Below are positions 25,501-38,280 of a stretch of 64,000 nucleotides of DNA, one piece after another. Every line of letters starts with the position of its first letter. Position 1 is the first letter of the stretch. The position numbers and the translations under genes are program-made. This DNA comes from Raillietiella orientalis (Eukaryota), in assembly GCA_036172245.1 (NCBI GenBank), contig JAYWIR010000008.1:2914001-2978000 (forward strand), written 5' to 3'. The notes beneath the pieces are model-generated. The model did not search any database. It was not told the DNA's origin and worked only from the letters and a program-made list of their open reading frames with translations.

Positions 25501-25684
25501 GGACCGAGCCTAAATTAATGGACCGATTTCGTACCACAGATTTGGAATTGAAAGAGGATGCGCGCGATCCGCGCGACCCGAATGGTGGAGGCAGCAGTGC
25601 GAATGACTTTCAGATGGACTTTCGGAATCCGGAAAATTCTCAGCGACCAGGGCCCAATCAGCAAGCAGCGAAGGGGACCTGCCC

Positions 25685-25719
<35 letters not shown>

Positions 25720-27439
25720 TCTCTGCTTCTTCTTCAGGGCTCTGCGTGCTGGCTGTACGGATGCTTAGAGATCGCAGGATCCGCGGGCAAACGCTCTCTG
25801 TAGCTCTCCAGGGAGGAGAGATGCACTCCCGCGGAGGGTCGTATTTTCCGAGCAAAGCTGTCGAGAGGGGAATTCTCTGCTCGGGAGGGATGGGGCAGGC
25901 CCACGCTGCTGTGAGGCAAACGAGATGGGAAGGTTTGGCGGAATACTCGGCATTTTCCGTTTTCGGGACTGACGGGCAGTCGAGCCCGGCTGCGACGAAG
26001 TTGGGCCTGGAGTCGCCCCGTCTCCTCGAGAGTCCGGAGCGTGGAAAGGGGACCTGACGACAGAATCCAAGTTTCCAGCACCAGGAGGCGAGACGCGCAT
26101 GCTCTCCCTGATCCTGACCGGGGAATCTCGACCGGGGAGGAAGGGTGTGACTTGAATTCCCTCATCAACCCACCACCCGCAAGACTGCTCTTGGCGAGCG
26201 AAAGGCAGCCTTACGGGGCCATCCCAGCCCGCACTGAGTTCCTGGTAGGGAGATGATCCTGGTGAGAAGGAGGAGGAGGACGCGCTCTCGTTCTGTCGGA
26301 ACGCGTCCTTTGAGTGTGCGAGGAAGAGATAGAGAAAATGGCGGAGTTTGCTTCTTTCCAGGGTAAGAAGCAACGAGAAAGGGATGAGGGAGAGAGGGGG
26401 GAGAAAGCGCGCGTTCAAACGACTACTCTCTTCAGCCCGATTCTTCCTCATGAAGAGGACGGAAAGAAGAAGAGGAAAAAAAAAAAAAAAAAATACCAAA
26501 AAATCACATCTGTTCCTTTGATCATCGCGCAATTACAAGACGCGAGCCTCATAAAGATACGACGGTAGTGCAAATCCGAAACAGCATCAAGAAATTAGAT
26601 CTGTCAGTTTTCGCCGAGCCAGTTCCGCCGAGATCCTCCGCTGCTAATTCCCCATTCAGATGCGATCCCTGAAAAATAAATCGCTCCGCCGAAAATTGCG
26701 CCGACCGTTTTTGCCACGGTGCCCCCTAGCAATACGCGAAAGCCGCGAGGCGGTGGGGGCGCCCCGAGATACGCGCGCGCGCGGGAAATCGGATGAGATT
26801 CTCCTCGACGAATCGCATCGGACACAGCAGAACCGATTTTCCGGTCAGCTCCTCTCGAGAGTGTGACGGCATTCCCGTCTCAGGTAATCTTCTCTGGAAT
26901 CCCATTGTGGCGTTCGACAAGTGTAAACAGATTCCTGATAACTCAATAAAAAATAATTTTTCCTCCTTTGTGGGCTCTTTCGGATCTCATTTGGGCTCAC
27001 CAGATGCGCAAGGGAGCGCCATTGTCTCCCATAGAATCCGGTGCCTGAGGTGGTCCTGTGTGATTCGATTCGTCGTATAATGGAAGGTGACGAACCGTGT
27101 AATGCGATCCCTGGATTAGGGTTGGGATCCCCCCAGTTCTCGGAGCACGATCCGGGGGGAAACACCTCAATCTTGGATTTTCCGCCGGTCTTTTCTCGGT
27201 CTCCCAACGACGACCACGACGATGGCGACGCCGCATGGCTGCAGCTGTTGTTTCGTGGGTTCGTCTTCCCAGGGGGAGATCTCTCGCGCGATCTGGCTTC
27301 ACCCGGGAGCGAGCGAGTCAGGTTGCCCCGCCCTACCATGAGATCGGAGGGGGCAGAAGAGAGAGAGGTGTGCTTCCCTGGAATTTCGGGGGAGGGAAGC
27401 ACCTCCCGAAAGGCGGTGGTGAAAGTTCTTGACCGAGTC

Positions 27440-28051
27440 AGATGGGTCCTCCCTCCAGGTGGAAGGAGAAAGGTGGGGCTTCAGACCGTGTGCGAGTTGC
27501 GGCTTCAGAGGAGAAGGCGGAGGCATCCGTCACGCCGCCGGGTGCCGTTTCGGCGCTCCGGCAACTGCAGGACATCGCTCTGGACTTGCCGCGACGCTTC
27601 TTCACCGGAGGCAGGCTGAGGAAGAGAGCTGTGATTGCAACAGCCTCTTGCAAACGCGCCATAGTGACAGCCCGCCACGTGTTGGAGTCAGGTTCGTGGC
27701 GAAAGGAGGCCACCAGCATGGCAGCGGACTCCACGAGGACAGCAGCAAGGTGGCCTCATCTGCCAGAAGGAGTCTCCAGGGAAATTGCCATGGTCCAGCG
27801 CCGCTTCTAGAAAGAAAGGAACGCCTTCAACGGAAGGTCCCTGTCTCCACCCTTCCGTCTTTTTTATTTATTTATTGTCCCCTCCCTCCGTTCCCTACTT
27901 TTTGGAAGCCGGCCTGCGTGCTGGTGGTTTTCCCGGTTGAACTTTTTTTTTCTTTGGCATTCCTCGTATTTTTGAGGGGATATCCCTCTCTCCCTCTCCC
28001 TTGTAACTTGCTTTTTTCAAAATAAACGTCCCGGCCGTCACCGAGTAAAAA
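27440..28051 (+). mobile_element. LINE 3' end with AATAAA and a short A tail
   Basis: Zinc-finger remnant PCASCG and a tail nearly identical to 5308-5672. It ends aataaacgtcccggccgtcaccgagtaaaaa (28021-28051). Confidence 0.8.
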
Positions 28052-28439
28052 CAGGGTGCCCAAGGGAACCAGCAAGCGTCTGCGAAGTACATGCCCGCGA
28101 GCTCTTCCACTCCGGCGGAAATCTCCCATCCGCACCCCTCGTCCCGTTGAGGAGGGAACTTCCAGCTCTTTCCCCTTGAACTGATTTCGATTGCTTGCTC
28201 GGCAGCTTGAGGACGCGGGGGAAAACGAGGACTTCAAGGGGTCGGCTTGATCCCCCCAGGCTGCTGCAAATTTCCCCCCACTACTGGCATCGTCAGCGGC
28301 GGCCCGGCGCGCCCACCTGGAACGTGGAATTCCGCCGCTCCCCACCTATTCGCGGGAAGACGAGCCACGAACTCGTCATCCCGCCCCACGACCACGGCAG
28401 CGTGAACCCAGAATGGTCGCGTCGAAGCAAGCAATCATG

Positions 28440-29450
28440 CAAGGTTCGGTGCTCCTGGAGACGCACCGTTGCCAAGCGGAGCTTCTCAGCTGTTCTTTCG
28501 CATGGTACGCTGAAAGCGCTCGAGGTCTGGAGAGGCTCTGGGAAGACAGTTGGCAGATTTAGGACAGGGGGAGGCATCCTACCCTTGTTTTTTCGCCCCT
28601 TAGCTTCCCTCCCTCCATCTTCGCCCATACGAGGGCCCACATTTCGCTAGCGCTTCCTTCTGGCACCTGGTGGCGTAGCGAACAAAAGCTTGAGAGAGTT
28701 CGTCCAGTGCTCAGGAAGCCAAGGTTCCCTAGGTGAACTTCATTTATTTGAGAGGAGGAGGAGAAAAGTGGGAGCATCTTCCCACTTCCCAGGTGAGATG
28801 TGTTCTTGGAAGGGGAGTAGGATTTAAAAGACGAAAAAAGAAAGAAAGAAAAAACATAAAAGCAAGAAATGGAGATCTGCAAAAGAGTTCTTAGCGTGTG
28901 CGTTCCATACCGCTGAGGGGGGATTCCAGGCTTTTCCTGTAGCTGTGCACAAGCAGAATCCAAGGGGAACACTAGTCAACGGCATCCACGATGCACGAGG
29001 ACAGCTTCCGTGCACCGCGTGCTCAGATGACATCCAACAGGAGGGACTTTCCCGGCGGACACGGCAGTTCTTCTCGTTCGCTGGAGCTTCTTGATTCCGC
29101 GTCCGGGTGCGAAAGCCGGAAGGAAGACTCACTGAAATCCCTAGAAGCTCTGGACCGCATCCGTGGCACCCACTGGTGCAGGGAGGAAAGATTTCCGCAA
29201 TGGCACACGGAGTGTAGTCAAGAGGACCGAATGCGCCGCGTGAAGAGATCTCAGGTGCACGAGAGGGAAGAGCCAACGGATAAAGGAATCGGACTAAGCC
29301 GGGATTCTCGCAGCTTCTGCAATGAGAGAGCGGCTCCCGTTTCGGGAGTGGCTAAGCCGCTCTCAGGAGCTGCATGGAAAGGGAAACAAAAGGGAGAAGA
29401 AGAAAAAAGGATCGGTCTGGTTGATAGTGAGGATCTGCAGTGACCAAATG
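28440..29450 (-). pseudogene. Decayed LRR tract (NLR-type)
   Basis: LSLQKLRESRLSPIPLSVG, CHCGNLSSLHQWV, ISVSLPSGF, LTSVPLGF and SACAQLQEKP. Confidence 0.5.
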
Positions 29451-32269
29451 CGACCGCAGGCGGAGAGGAGTGAGTGGTCCAGCATCGGGGGCAGCCTGCA
29501 TTGGCGCTTGTAGACACTGGCGGCCGGAACTCTCGGGCAGCACCGAACCAAGTTCTGGAAGCGGTAGGCAGGGAGATCCCCGGGATGAAATGCCCATTCT
29601 CGGGAGGCTGCTCTCCGGGCTTTTCGGTTGCTCTCCTGCTTGCGCGTGTGCTGCCGCTGCCGGGTGTAGTGGGGCGGAGAATCTTTGGCCGTCCCCGGCA
29701 CGTGGCGCAACTCTGGTCGCTTTCGCGAAGGAAAGGAAGGCGCACGCGCGTTCCCCGTCGCTTCCGGTTCCTTGAACGGAGCAACATCAGGAGTGGTTGA
29801 ACTGACGGGCGGGCGCCAGCGGACAAGAAAAATGGCTCCGAAACCCGGACTGATTGATCGGAAATTTTCTGCTCTTCTTCAGTGGGGAAGGGTGAGGGAC
29901 TGGTTCAAGAATGCTCAGGCGGGGAGAGGAAGACAAAGGAGGGAAAGGGAGGAGGAGGAGGTAGGGAGAGTTTTTCTGGCACTGCCAGTCCGGGAGAACT
30001 TCCCGATGCGCGGAGCACGGAAGAACCGAACTCTGGAAGCTGATTTTTTCAACAGGTCCCGGAAGCCACGGCTTTATTTTTGATTAATGAGAGAGCAACG
30101 CGGGATTTAACGACTCTGGTTCGGGAGGATGCGGCCGAAGAGAGAAGGAGGAGGAAAGGGGGAGGGAGGGCAGTTGTGGGAATGGCACGCGATCTTCTGG
30201 GGATTCCGGAAAGCGGGATCGAAGAGCTCCTCGCACCCGAGGAAGGACCCCCGGCAGTGTGGAAGAACTTGTAGGTGGAGGGGGGAATGTGCCCTTGAAT
30301 CCCTCGCCTGGCATCCCAACACAGCCGACCCGGCAGAAACAAAGGGGATCACCGGAGGGGAGAAGAGTGGAGGAAGCCGGCAGGACGAAGCCGGAACAGC
30401 CGGGGAGGACTGTCAGGACTGGAACTGGGAAACTGGAGGGTTCCTTGCCCTGGTTGTCTAGGTGGGGACTTCGGAAGGTGAGGTGTGGGTGGCGGGTAAG
30501 CCGAGCACTCCATGCTAAGCAGTTGGGAGCTGTGGAATACAGGAAAAGAATTCGGGAAGATGAAGGAATTCGACGGTGGGGGGTTCAAGCCGGTGAGAAG
30601 CGTGAGATTCGGTCACCTGCCCCCAGAAGGAAAGTGGGAGGGAGGAATCTGGTGACCAGGAAGAGGTTTGGGTTCGGTCTTCTCTGGGAGGGTGCGGTTC
30701 CTCCTAAGAGGCCGGCGAGACCGTGATGGCACTTTCCTTCGATCTGGTGGTAGCAGGAAATGACCCATGCGGCTGCAGGGCCACGGATGCTAAGGGAGCA
30801 GCGGGGCGAGAGCACTATTGTCTGTCCATCCGTCAGCACCTCAAGGATTGAGCTGTCAGCTTAAGAAAATCAAGAAACCGTCCTTTCTGTTTTCTACACC
30901 CAAGGAGGGATAGGGAGCACCTTAAAGGGCATCCCCAGGACTCTCGGCAGGCAGGGACGCTTTGGGATCCGGAACGCTGGTGCTGAAAACCAATTTGCAT
31001 CCCGGGACGGCGGGGTCGGCGCGCCCCTGACGACAGTCGGACGAGCGACGCAGTGTATGGGAGAATTCTCTCCTCCCCCCCCCCCCACGGTCCAGAGACT
31101 GGAAAGTCCATCCTCCTCCATACATCAGCCCTGGGGAAGAGGGGCAGCCAGAAAGGTGCAGCATGGATAGAAAGAGGGAGTCGAGACTCTAGGGATTGTC
31201 GGCCACGGCCACTTCACGGCGGCGACTCTTCCTTGTTTTCCATGTTCCCTCCTCTCCCAGATGCTTCCTTTTCGAAAGGCGGGAGCAGCACTGCGAAGGG
31301 GCGACCCTCGAGCCGCTCCGAAAGCTATGTCGGGGGGCGCAGACGCCATGGAGGGACGGCTGAAGATCGCTCGAGCAGAAGTGGGCAGGAGGAAGGGCAT
31401 TCTCATCTCTTCTTCCTTCCCTTTTCTCCCCCCTCTTCCTCCTTCTCATCCCTTCTGGTGTTTTGAGAAGAGAGAGAGAGAGGAAGAAAAAAAAAGAAAT
31501 CAATTAAAGCGAGACGAAGACTACAAGGAATTTGACGCGGTGACGTCATCCGGTTCCGTTCCCGTCTCCTCGAGGAAGAGGAGGAGGAGGAGGGGGAAAA
31601 AAAAAAAAAAAAAGGAAAATGCCAATGAAAACGAGCAGAGGGGGGAATGTGGACCATAAAACTTCCGTTCGAATTAAGGTTGCAGCAGCATGAAAGATTC
31701 ACGCATTTAAGGGGCTCCACTTCATTTCTTTAATCTGAGGAACTCCTCCCGGAGGACAATTTGGAGATACTTCTTCCCGAAGATGTCTCTTAAGAAGCGA
31801 CTTGGGCATTCGAGTCAGAGGAGAGCGCGCAACTGACGGGGGGAAAGGAGAGTGAGAACGGATCGGCGGAGGAGCCGAAGGCAGAAAGGACCCTGGAAGG
31901 AAGGGGGGGGGAGGGTGTGGCAATCACGCGGGATACACGATGGTCCCTCCTCCCTCTTACTCCGGAGATCTGGAACCCCTCCAAGGGCTGCGGTCGCCGA
32001 CGGAAATTGGCCAGAAGGAGGAGGAAGGTCGGGTCGGTCACGGGGCCACACGCGGGTGCCGGGAGTGGCGGAGAGAGAGGGAGGGAAAAAATCCAGAAGA
32101 AAGTAGGCGAGGGCATCAAAAAGAAATCGATTCGAGCAGACGCGCTCTTCCCGAAACAGGAATTCCTCTCCTCTCCCCCCCTCCCTCTACTCATCTTCCT
32201 CCCGGTAGACCTTGTTCCCGCGGCTTCTTCTCTGGGAGCGATCGCACATAAGGAAGGGGAGAGTGGGTA

Positions 32270-32560
32270 GGTGAACAGGACTGAAGGAAGCGAGCTCAGC
32301 GCTTCCCGGTGCTTTACCGGGTCTCTCGGGATGTCCCGCGCGAAAGATGTGTCCGTAGAAGTCCTCAGAAAAGGTTCTCTCCCTCCACACAAACACTGGT
32401 GCCCTCCGGGAGCATTGCTCTCTCCAGAAAAGGGTGGGCCGGGGATGCGGGCAAGTCCGACGATACGTCCCGATGGTCCTGAAGTTCAGCACAGGATCTA
32501 CCCCTTGCTTGAGTTTTTCCGAAAAGCAAACCGTCTATTCCTCCACCTCCCTTCCCTCCT
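32270..32560 (+). repeat. Diverged repeat, inverted homolog of 35385-35560; possible tyrosine-recombinase C-terminus relic
   Basis: The reverse complement aligns with 35385-35550 (ccatcgggacg...cccttttctg..gaga...ccggagggca). Translations give VPSGSIALSRKGW and RRYV (32458-32469). Confidence 0.45.
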
Positions 32561-35384
32561 CCCTTCCTCCCTCTCTTCCAATTCGCTATCCCGCCCAGAT
32601 CTCCTCCGTCGTCGCTGTCGTTGAAAATGCTCGTCCTCATCCGCACTCTATCAGGTGGCACGGAAGCCTGGCGTCACTTGATGGCGCCGGATTTCCATGA
32701 CCACCACTGTCCCACCTTCTTGGTCGACGGATTTGTCTTCTCCTCCACTCCCTCCGGGCCTCGCTCTCTGCCCGTCCTCCGAGCAGCTGGTCCACCATCC
32801 CTTAGGCAACTTACCACCCCTTTTGCCTTTTCCTTTTGCAGGACGAAGCGGCCACCGCGTTACCGGGGACATTGATTGCCAGAGCGGGCAGAACCACAGG
32901 TTCTGACCTGCAAGCCGTAGGGGAGACGTAGGGAGATCTTCCTTTCTGCAGTCAAGCTGCGTAGGGTCAGCTCCGACTTCATCCGTTCTTCCTCTTTCTT
33001 CCCTCTCTTCCACTGCTATTCCTCCTCTTTCTCCAGGGAGCTCCGCTGCTCATCTCCGAGGTGCGCGCACAGCTCGCCTTTATCCCTGGAAGGAACAGGA
33101 AATGGGAAGAAAGGAGGAGTTCTGCGTTCTCATTCTCTTCCCTCGCCACCTCAGCCGACAGCGGAGCCTCGTTTCCCTCTCCTCATTCCATCGGTGGCGG
33201 AAGCCGCTCTTCCTTTGTCTTCCCTCGTTTCCCTCTCTCCGCCCGTCTTCCCGTTGCAGGAGAGAGAGCGGAGGATGTGACGGGAGTCGCGCTTTCGGGG
33301 ATGCACCCCTCGGAGGGTAAGGGATCGGGGCGGATGCTCCAGCTGCTCCTTTCGCAGGCCCTTTGGAATCTGAGCGGTGCTGGAGGCGGTGGACCACGGC
33401 ACGGTGGACCTCCCTAGGTCCCGAACTAGAACAAAAGGGAAGGAAGGGTTGGCAGAAGATCAGAAAGGGGAGAGAAGGTGAGATCTCCCTGAGACCGTGG
33501 GGTGCTCCAGAAGCGTTCAACCTCTCAGCCTCCGCAGGTGGCAGGCCCTTCTCCCGTCATTCCACCGCGCGCCCTGCGCAGGAAGGCTCGACGACGTCTC
33601 CACCTGGAGACCAGGGTGGAAGAAGATGCCACCTTCCTCCTTCGCCGGAGAGATCTCAAAGTTACTAGGGAGAGTGCGCTCTCCGAAGAAGCTCAGCGGG
33701 ACTGTGCTGGTTAGAAGCCAACCGCGGGAACGACTCTTGGCACCAGGGCGCACTGTCTGTCGACGGGGAAAGGCGCGCGGGGCGGGGAGGGGATAGGCTT
33801 CCTGACCCCCTAAGAAAGCGCTCTGGCCCTCAGCGGGAACCAGGAAATTTCGGTGCCGCCGCGTTCCTCTCCTCCTCTTCCCCCCCTTTCGGTCCAGTGG
33901 GACTAAAACGGGGGTTTCCCTGTCCCTCGCGCGGGAAGCTGGAGGGAGCCCCGCTTCCCTTCCCCCTTGTCCCCGGATCCCCGCCTGGACCCTCTGTTCC
34001 CTTCCTTCTCGCCTGGCTCGCTCCCGGGAGGACGAGGGGAGGGGCACGGGGGGCAGCGGACGAGGAAGGAGGAAAAAAGGGGAGCGCGAATGAAAGTCAG
34101 CCGGCGGGGGGAGAAGCCACTCATCATCCCCGCCGGCCCCAGAGGGGAAGGGGCCGCAGAGCTCCGACGGCAGGAAATTTTGCGAGACAATGGCCCCGTA
34201 ATCCCGGGGGACGCGCCGCCTCAGAGCGGCTGGCAGCCGGGATCAATCGCTCCCATGTAAATCCACGCACCCGGGAAAAAATTTTTTTAGGGATGACGCG
34301 CCGTCGCCCCAGTGCCTGGCGATCGTCGATTAATGGAGAGTCGCCCGGCAAAGCGTGAAATTAACATGGGATTTTCCGGGAGAGGGGGAAAAGGGGGGAG
34401 GTAGGGACGAAAGGCCCTCGCGGGGGGACTCTGCGCGGGCGCGCGGAAAGCCTCCCTCGTCTTTCCCGGAAGGAGACATGGACGATGGGGGCGCATCGCG
34501 GGGACATCAATCACCATCCGACGGAGGGATCCGAATGGGGCGGGAAGAATGTTCCCGGGATCCTTTCGTCCCCTCCCCCGGAGGTGCGCGCGCTTGGGAG
34601 GAGGAAAGGCGGAGTAGGGGAGGCGTGTCGCCGCTTCGCGTCTGGCGCCGCGCGCTTAGCAGGACGCGCACGGCGTCGGGTATGGGCTCTGGGAGGGGAA
34701 AGGGGTTTGGGGCGGAATGCAGGGAAAGGAGCTCAAGGAAAGCAGTAAGTGCAGACCCATGCAAGTGGTCGGCTCCTGAAGACATCCCACCCCCCACGGC
34801 AGTCGCCACGGGGTGTGGGATGGGGCCGCACAGCTGGATACCCCGCGCTAGCGAACAACGGAGGAGGAGGACCGTTGCCGTCCCAGGGGGAAGATGATAG
34901 ACCTGCAGCAGCCGGGAGAAGAGAGAGGGAATCGAAAAAATATCTCTTCTATTCCCTCCTCCCTCTCCCTCCCCTCACTCCCGGTTGGCTCATTCGTCAC
35001 GCGGAGACTACGACGACGAGCCCCGCGAGGCGCATCTGGGGAGCGCGGGCGCAGACTCCTGAGCAGGAGAGAGAAGGGGAGCTCGCTGTCCTGGAGGCCC
35101 CAACAGCGGTTGCTGGGGGGGGGGGGACTCCTACGTCCGGAACGAAGAGCCATAGTCCCGAAACGGGAAAAGAGGATCAGGGAGGAAAGAGAGGAGAGGG
35201 AGGAACGGAAGGCAAAAGGGTGATGTTCCACCACTCTAGGAGGCACACGCAGGAGGAGAAGAAGGGTGGAGGGAGGGGAAGGGAGAAAGAAGGGGAAAAG
35301 AGGAAGGAAAAGAGGGAGGAAAGGAGAAGAGGAAGAAGGAGAAGCGAAAAGTAGCAGGAGAAAAGGCAAAGGGGAAATAGAGGA

Positions 35385-36240
35385 ATGGGAAGGAAAGGAA
35401 TGGATGGTCTGCTCTTCGGAAGAGCTAGGGGCACATCCGTGTGCCGGACCTCAGAACCCATCGGGACGCTTCATCGGCTTTGCTCACATTTGCAGCTCGC
35501 CCTTTTCTGCAGAGAAAGGTGCTGCCGGAGGGCATAAGTGTGCGTGGTGGTGGTGGTGATCGGAGGAAACGTCTTGGAGGACCTCCTGCAGCTGTGGCTG
35601 CGGAACGTAGCTTCCTCCACGGGAAAATAGCAGAAGAAGCGGCAGCAGAAGGGAAGAGCTTCGGCAGGATGCTGCACCCCGCGGAACCCGGAGGAGGCAT
35701 GGGCAGATGCTCCTCCTTGGACGTGCCCCTTCGAGCTCGCTCCGCTGCTCCCAGGAGGCAACTTTCAGGAACGCTCCATCCCTACGACGGTTGCGAGTGT
35801 TCTGTGATTCCGCCACCTCAATCCCTTCTCCTCACCCCCTCCGTTTCTGCCCACCCTGCCAGCCGCGGTAAGGATTGCCCGGGCCAAAGGATTGCCAACT
35901 CTCGGTGCGTCACGAGACGGAGGGATGAGACCTCTTTCTCGAGTGTGAGGGGAGAGGAGAAGGGATGGGGGCGGGGTGAGCTTGTCTTAGCTCTCCGAAA
36001 GCCCGTTCAAGACTTCCCGTTCTTTTCTGGAATGTGATTGCCTGCATGACCACTGCCCGTTCACGCCGATGTGTTTGACAGATGGATACATGGCCCAGTG
36101 TTCCTGAGGCTCCAGGAATTCCGAGGGGAAGCTCGAAGGTCATGGTAGCTGTCCTTCAGCATTCCCAGGTGCACGTCGAAACCGCCTCAGGAACCCTGAA
36201 GCTGTGTAGGCCACGATGGAGAGGAGCAGAAAGCGCTTCG
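35385..36240 (-). mobile_element. Possible decayed tyrosine recombinase (DIRS/Crypton-like)
   Basis: Box I-like LLLSIVAYTASGFLRR (about 36182-36230), box II-like SHSCRR (35582-35599), then MPSGSTFLCRKG. The segment LRASPRNSW recurs as LQASPRNSW at about 39380-39410. Confidence 0.35.
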
Positions 36241-37839
36241 TTCCTCCTCCTCCTCTCTCCGTTGCCATGGAGAAACCATGGATCGCATTCTTTCTCTCCA
36301 CCGGAAGCAAAGAGAGCAGCCGTAAGAATAATCCATGCGATGCGGCCTGTCTGAGAAGGACCTCACCATCCGCATCCTCGTTCGCCTCCTCTGAAGCTGG
36401 GGACTTCTCCTGAGGATGGAAGAAGCGTCTCGTGCTGGTGAGGACCATTCCCTCTTTTCTCGCTTCTCTATTCCAGAGCGTTCGCCTTCGGGGAGAGCGG
36501 CCCGTTCCCAACGAGGACGACTCACATTCGCAGGGTCATCATCCCTGCTCCCGGGGACTCATCTCCTTCGAGTTCTCGGATCGCCGAATCACGACGCACG
36601 CCTTTCAGACTCCTTTTCCCTTCCCGAGATTCCCGAGAAAGGGAGGAGCAAGCCAGACTTCCTCCTCCTGGCTTCCTCCTCCCGTTGCAGGCGCGGTGAG
36701 CCCTTCTAATAGACTGAAGGTCTCTGCCCCTCTCTCTGCCCCTTCCCTTTGCCCCTTCCCCGTCGGGATGGAAAATCAGGGAACGAGCATCTCCTCGGCG
36801 GCAGTCTCCGAAAGCACAGGAAAGAGAAATCTCTCTCGTTCCCCTCCTTTCCCCAGCCTCTCGCGTTTCCTGGAGGAAGAGAAAGGGACGGAACATCGTA
36901 TCTCCTTCTCGGATCCCATCTACCGGCCCTTCATTCGGAGGGAGAGCATGGGATCTTGCCGCGATTGAGGAGGAGGGTGAGAGGGACTTCTTCGTGACTT
37001 CAGGGAGGGCAGTCAGTAGAACGCAAGCGCATGATGGGAGGAGGGACCGGAAGGCCTGTCTCTCTCAGGACCCCTCCGAGGAGAAAGTCCTTTCGGATGA
37101 TCCGGTGTCAGTCACCATGGAAACGGATTCAACGGTCGACCTCTCCCAGAACCTGGCTTGCGCGGAGGCCTCGGGAGCCTGAAGGGACGAGCTTACCTGG
37201 ATGACGGGACCCAGGGAGTGTGGAAGGAAAGGAAGAGGACATCAGGGTAGATGCGTGCATCCCGGAAGGCGGGACGGACGAGCCTCGTGGCCGCACCGGC
37301 TACACTCCTCGCAGAAGTCCCGGTGGCGGCGCTGCGGAGAACAAAAAGGGACATTGAGGGGGGAGACCGGCATTCCTTCCCCATTCTCTTACCATTTATG
37401 AAGGACATCACGGTTCCATCGACGTTTTCTTAAGAGCTTCCTCTCCCTGCCGAGAAAGCCCCGAACCGGAGCTCGTTCCCCTCCCTCGTTCTCCTTTCCC
37501 GTGGGGTCGGCCGGGAAAAAGGCTCGGGTACTCGCGTAAAGGGGCGAAGTCTCCCAGTAGACCGTAAGGAAGGTGCTAGCAAACGGAAAAGGGAAGAAAC
37601 TCGGGGTGGCGGGGAGAAGGGAAAGGTAGGGAGAGCGATCCTTCGGGAAGCCGGGAGCTAGCCGCTAAGGGTGGACGCTGACCACGAAGAAGGCAGGAAC
37701 TGGGGAAATCCCCTGGAGAGGGAGCTCTGAGCCATGAAGGCAGACTCTCGCCAGGGGGACTCGGAGGGGAGAGATGGGGTAGGGAGAGTACCGACCCTTC
37801 CGGGTAGCATTCCGGAAAGCTCCAGGCGAAAGAGGGAGG

Positions 37840-38280
37840 AGCAGAGGGGGGACGGAGGTTCCCTGTCGTGGTATCCCTTTGTTTTTCGGGGAATCGTTTC
37901 CTGGAGGAGGAGTAAAGGGAGAAGGAGGAGGAATGGGTCTGTGTAGTGGAGAGCCTCTGGGATACTCCCCAGGATGGAAGCTCTTTCATCATCCCCTTAA
38001 CGAATATCGAAAGCACGTCCTTCCTCACATTTCCCCTCAGGGTGCTTCATCCTCCCTTCCCCTTGTGATACGCCCAGGACTCCGCGCAAGGAATGGGCGG
38101 GAGGGAAGGAACTCCCCACTCTCAGGGTTCCCCTTTTCTGGAGGAACATCCAGGAACAACCGAACACCTCTCCCAGCAAGCGAGGAGTCGAGGACGGCGA
38201 TCGCGAGTCTGAGACTGGGAGGGGCTCTCAAGTTCCTGGAGTCGCTCAACGCAATCTTCCAGACAGAGGAACGGTAGGGG
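37840..38280 (+). mobile_element. Possible decayed reverse transcriptase (LTR/DIRS-type)
   Basis: DGSSFIIPLTNIESTSFLTF (37973-38032) resembles D..F.IPL....R..LTF. Downstream ALKFLESLNAIFQTEE resembles the post-YxDD helix. No intact YxDD was found. Confidence 0.4.

Noticed and set aside
30000..31300. LRR relic (HLKGIPRTLG, PPLPDASF) and head-like sequence at 30400-30620
   Set aside because: The signals are weak and ambiguous, and not separable from chance without a search.
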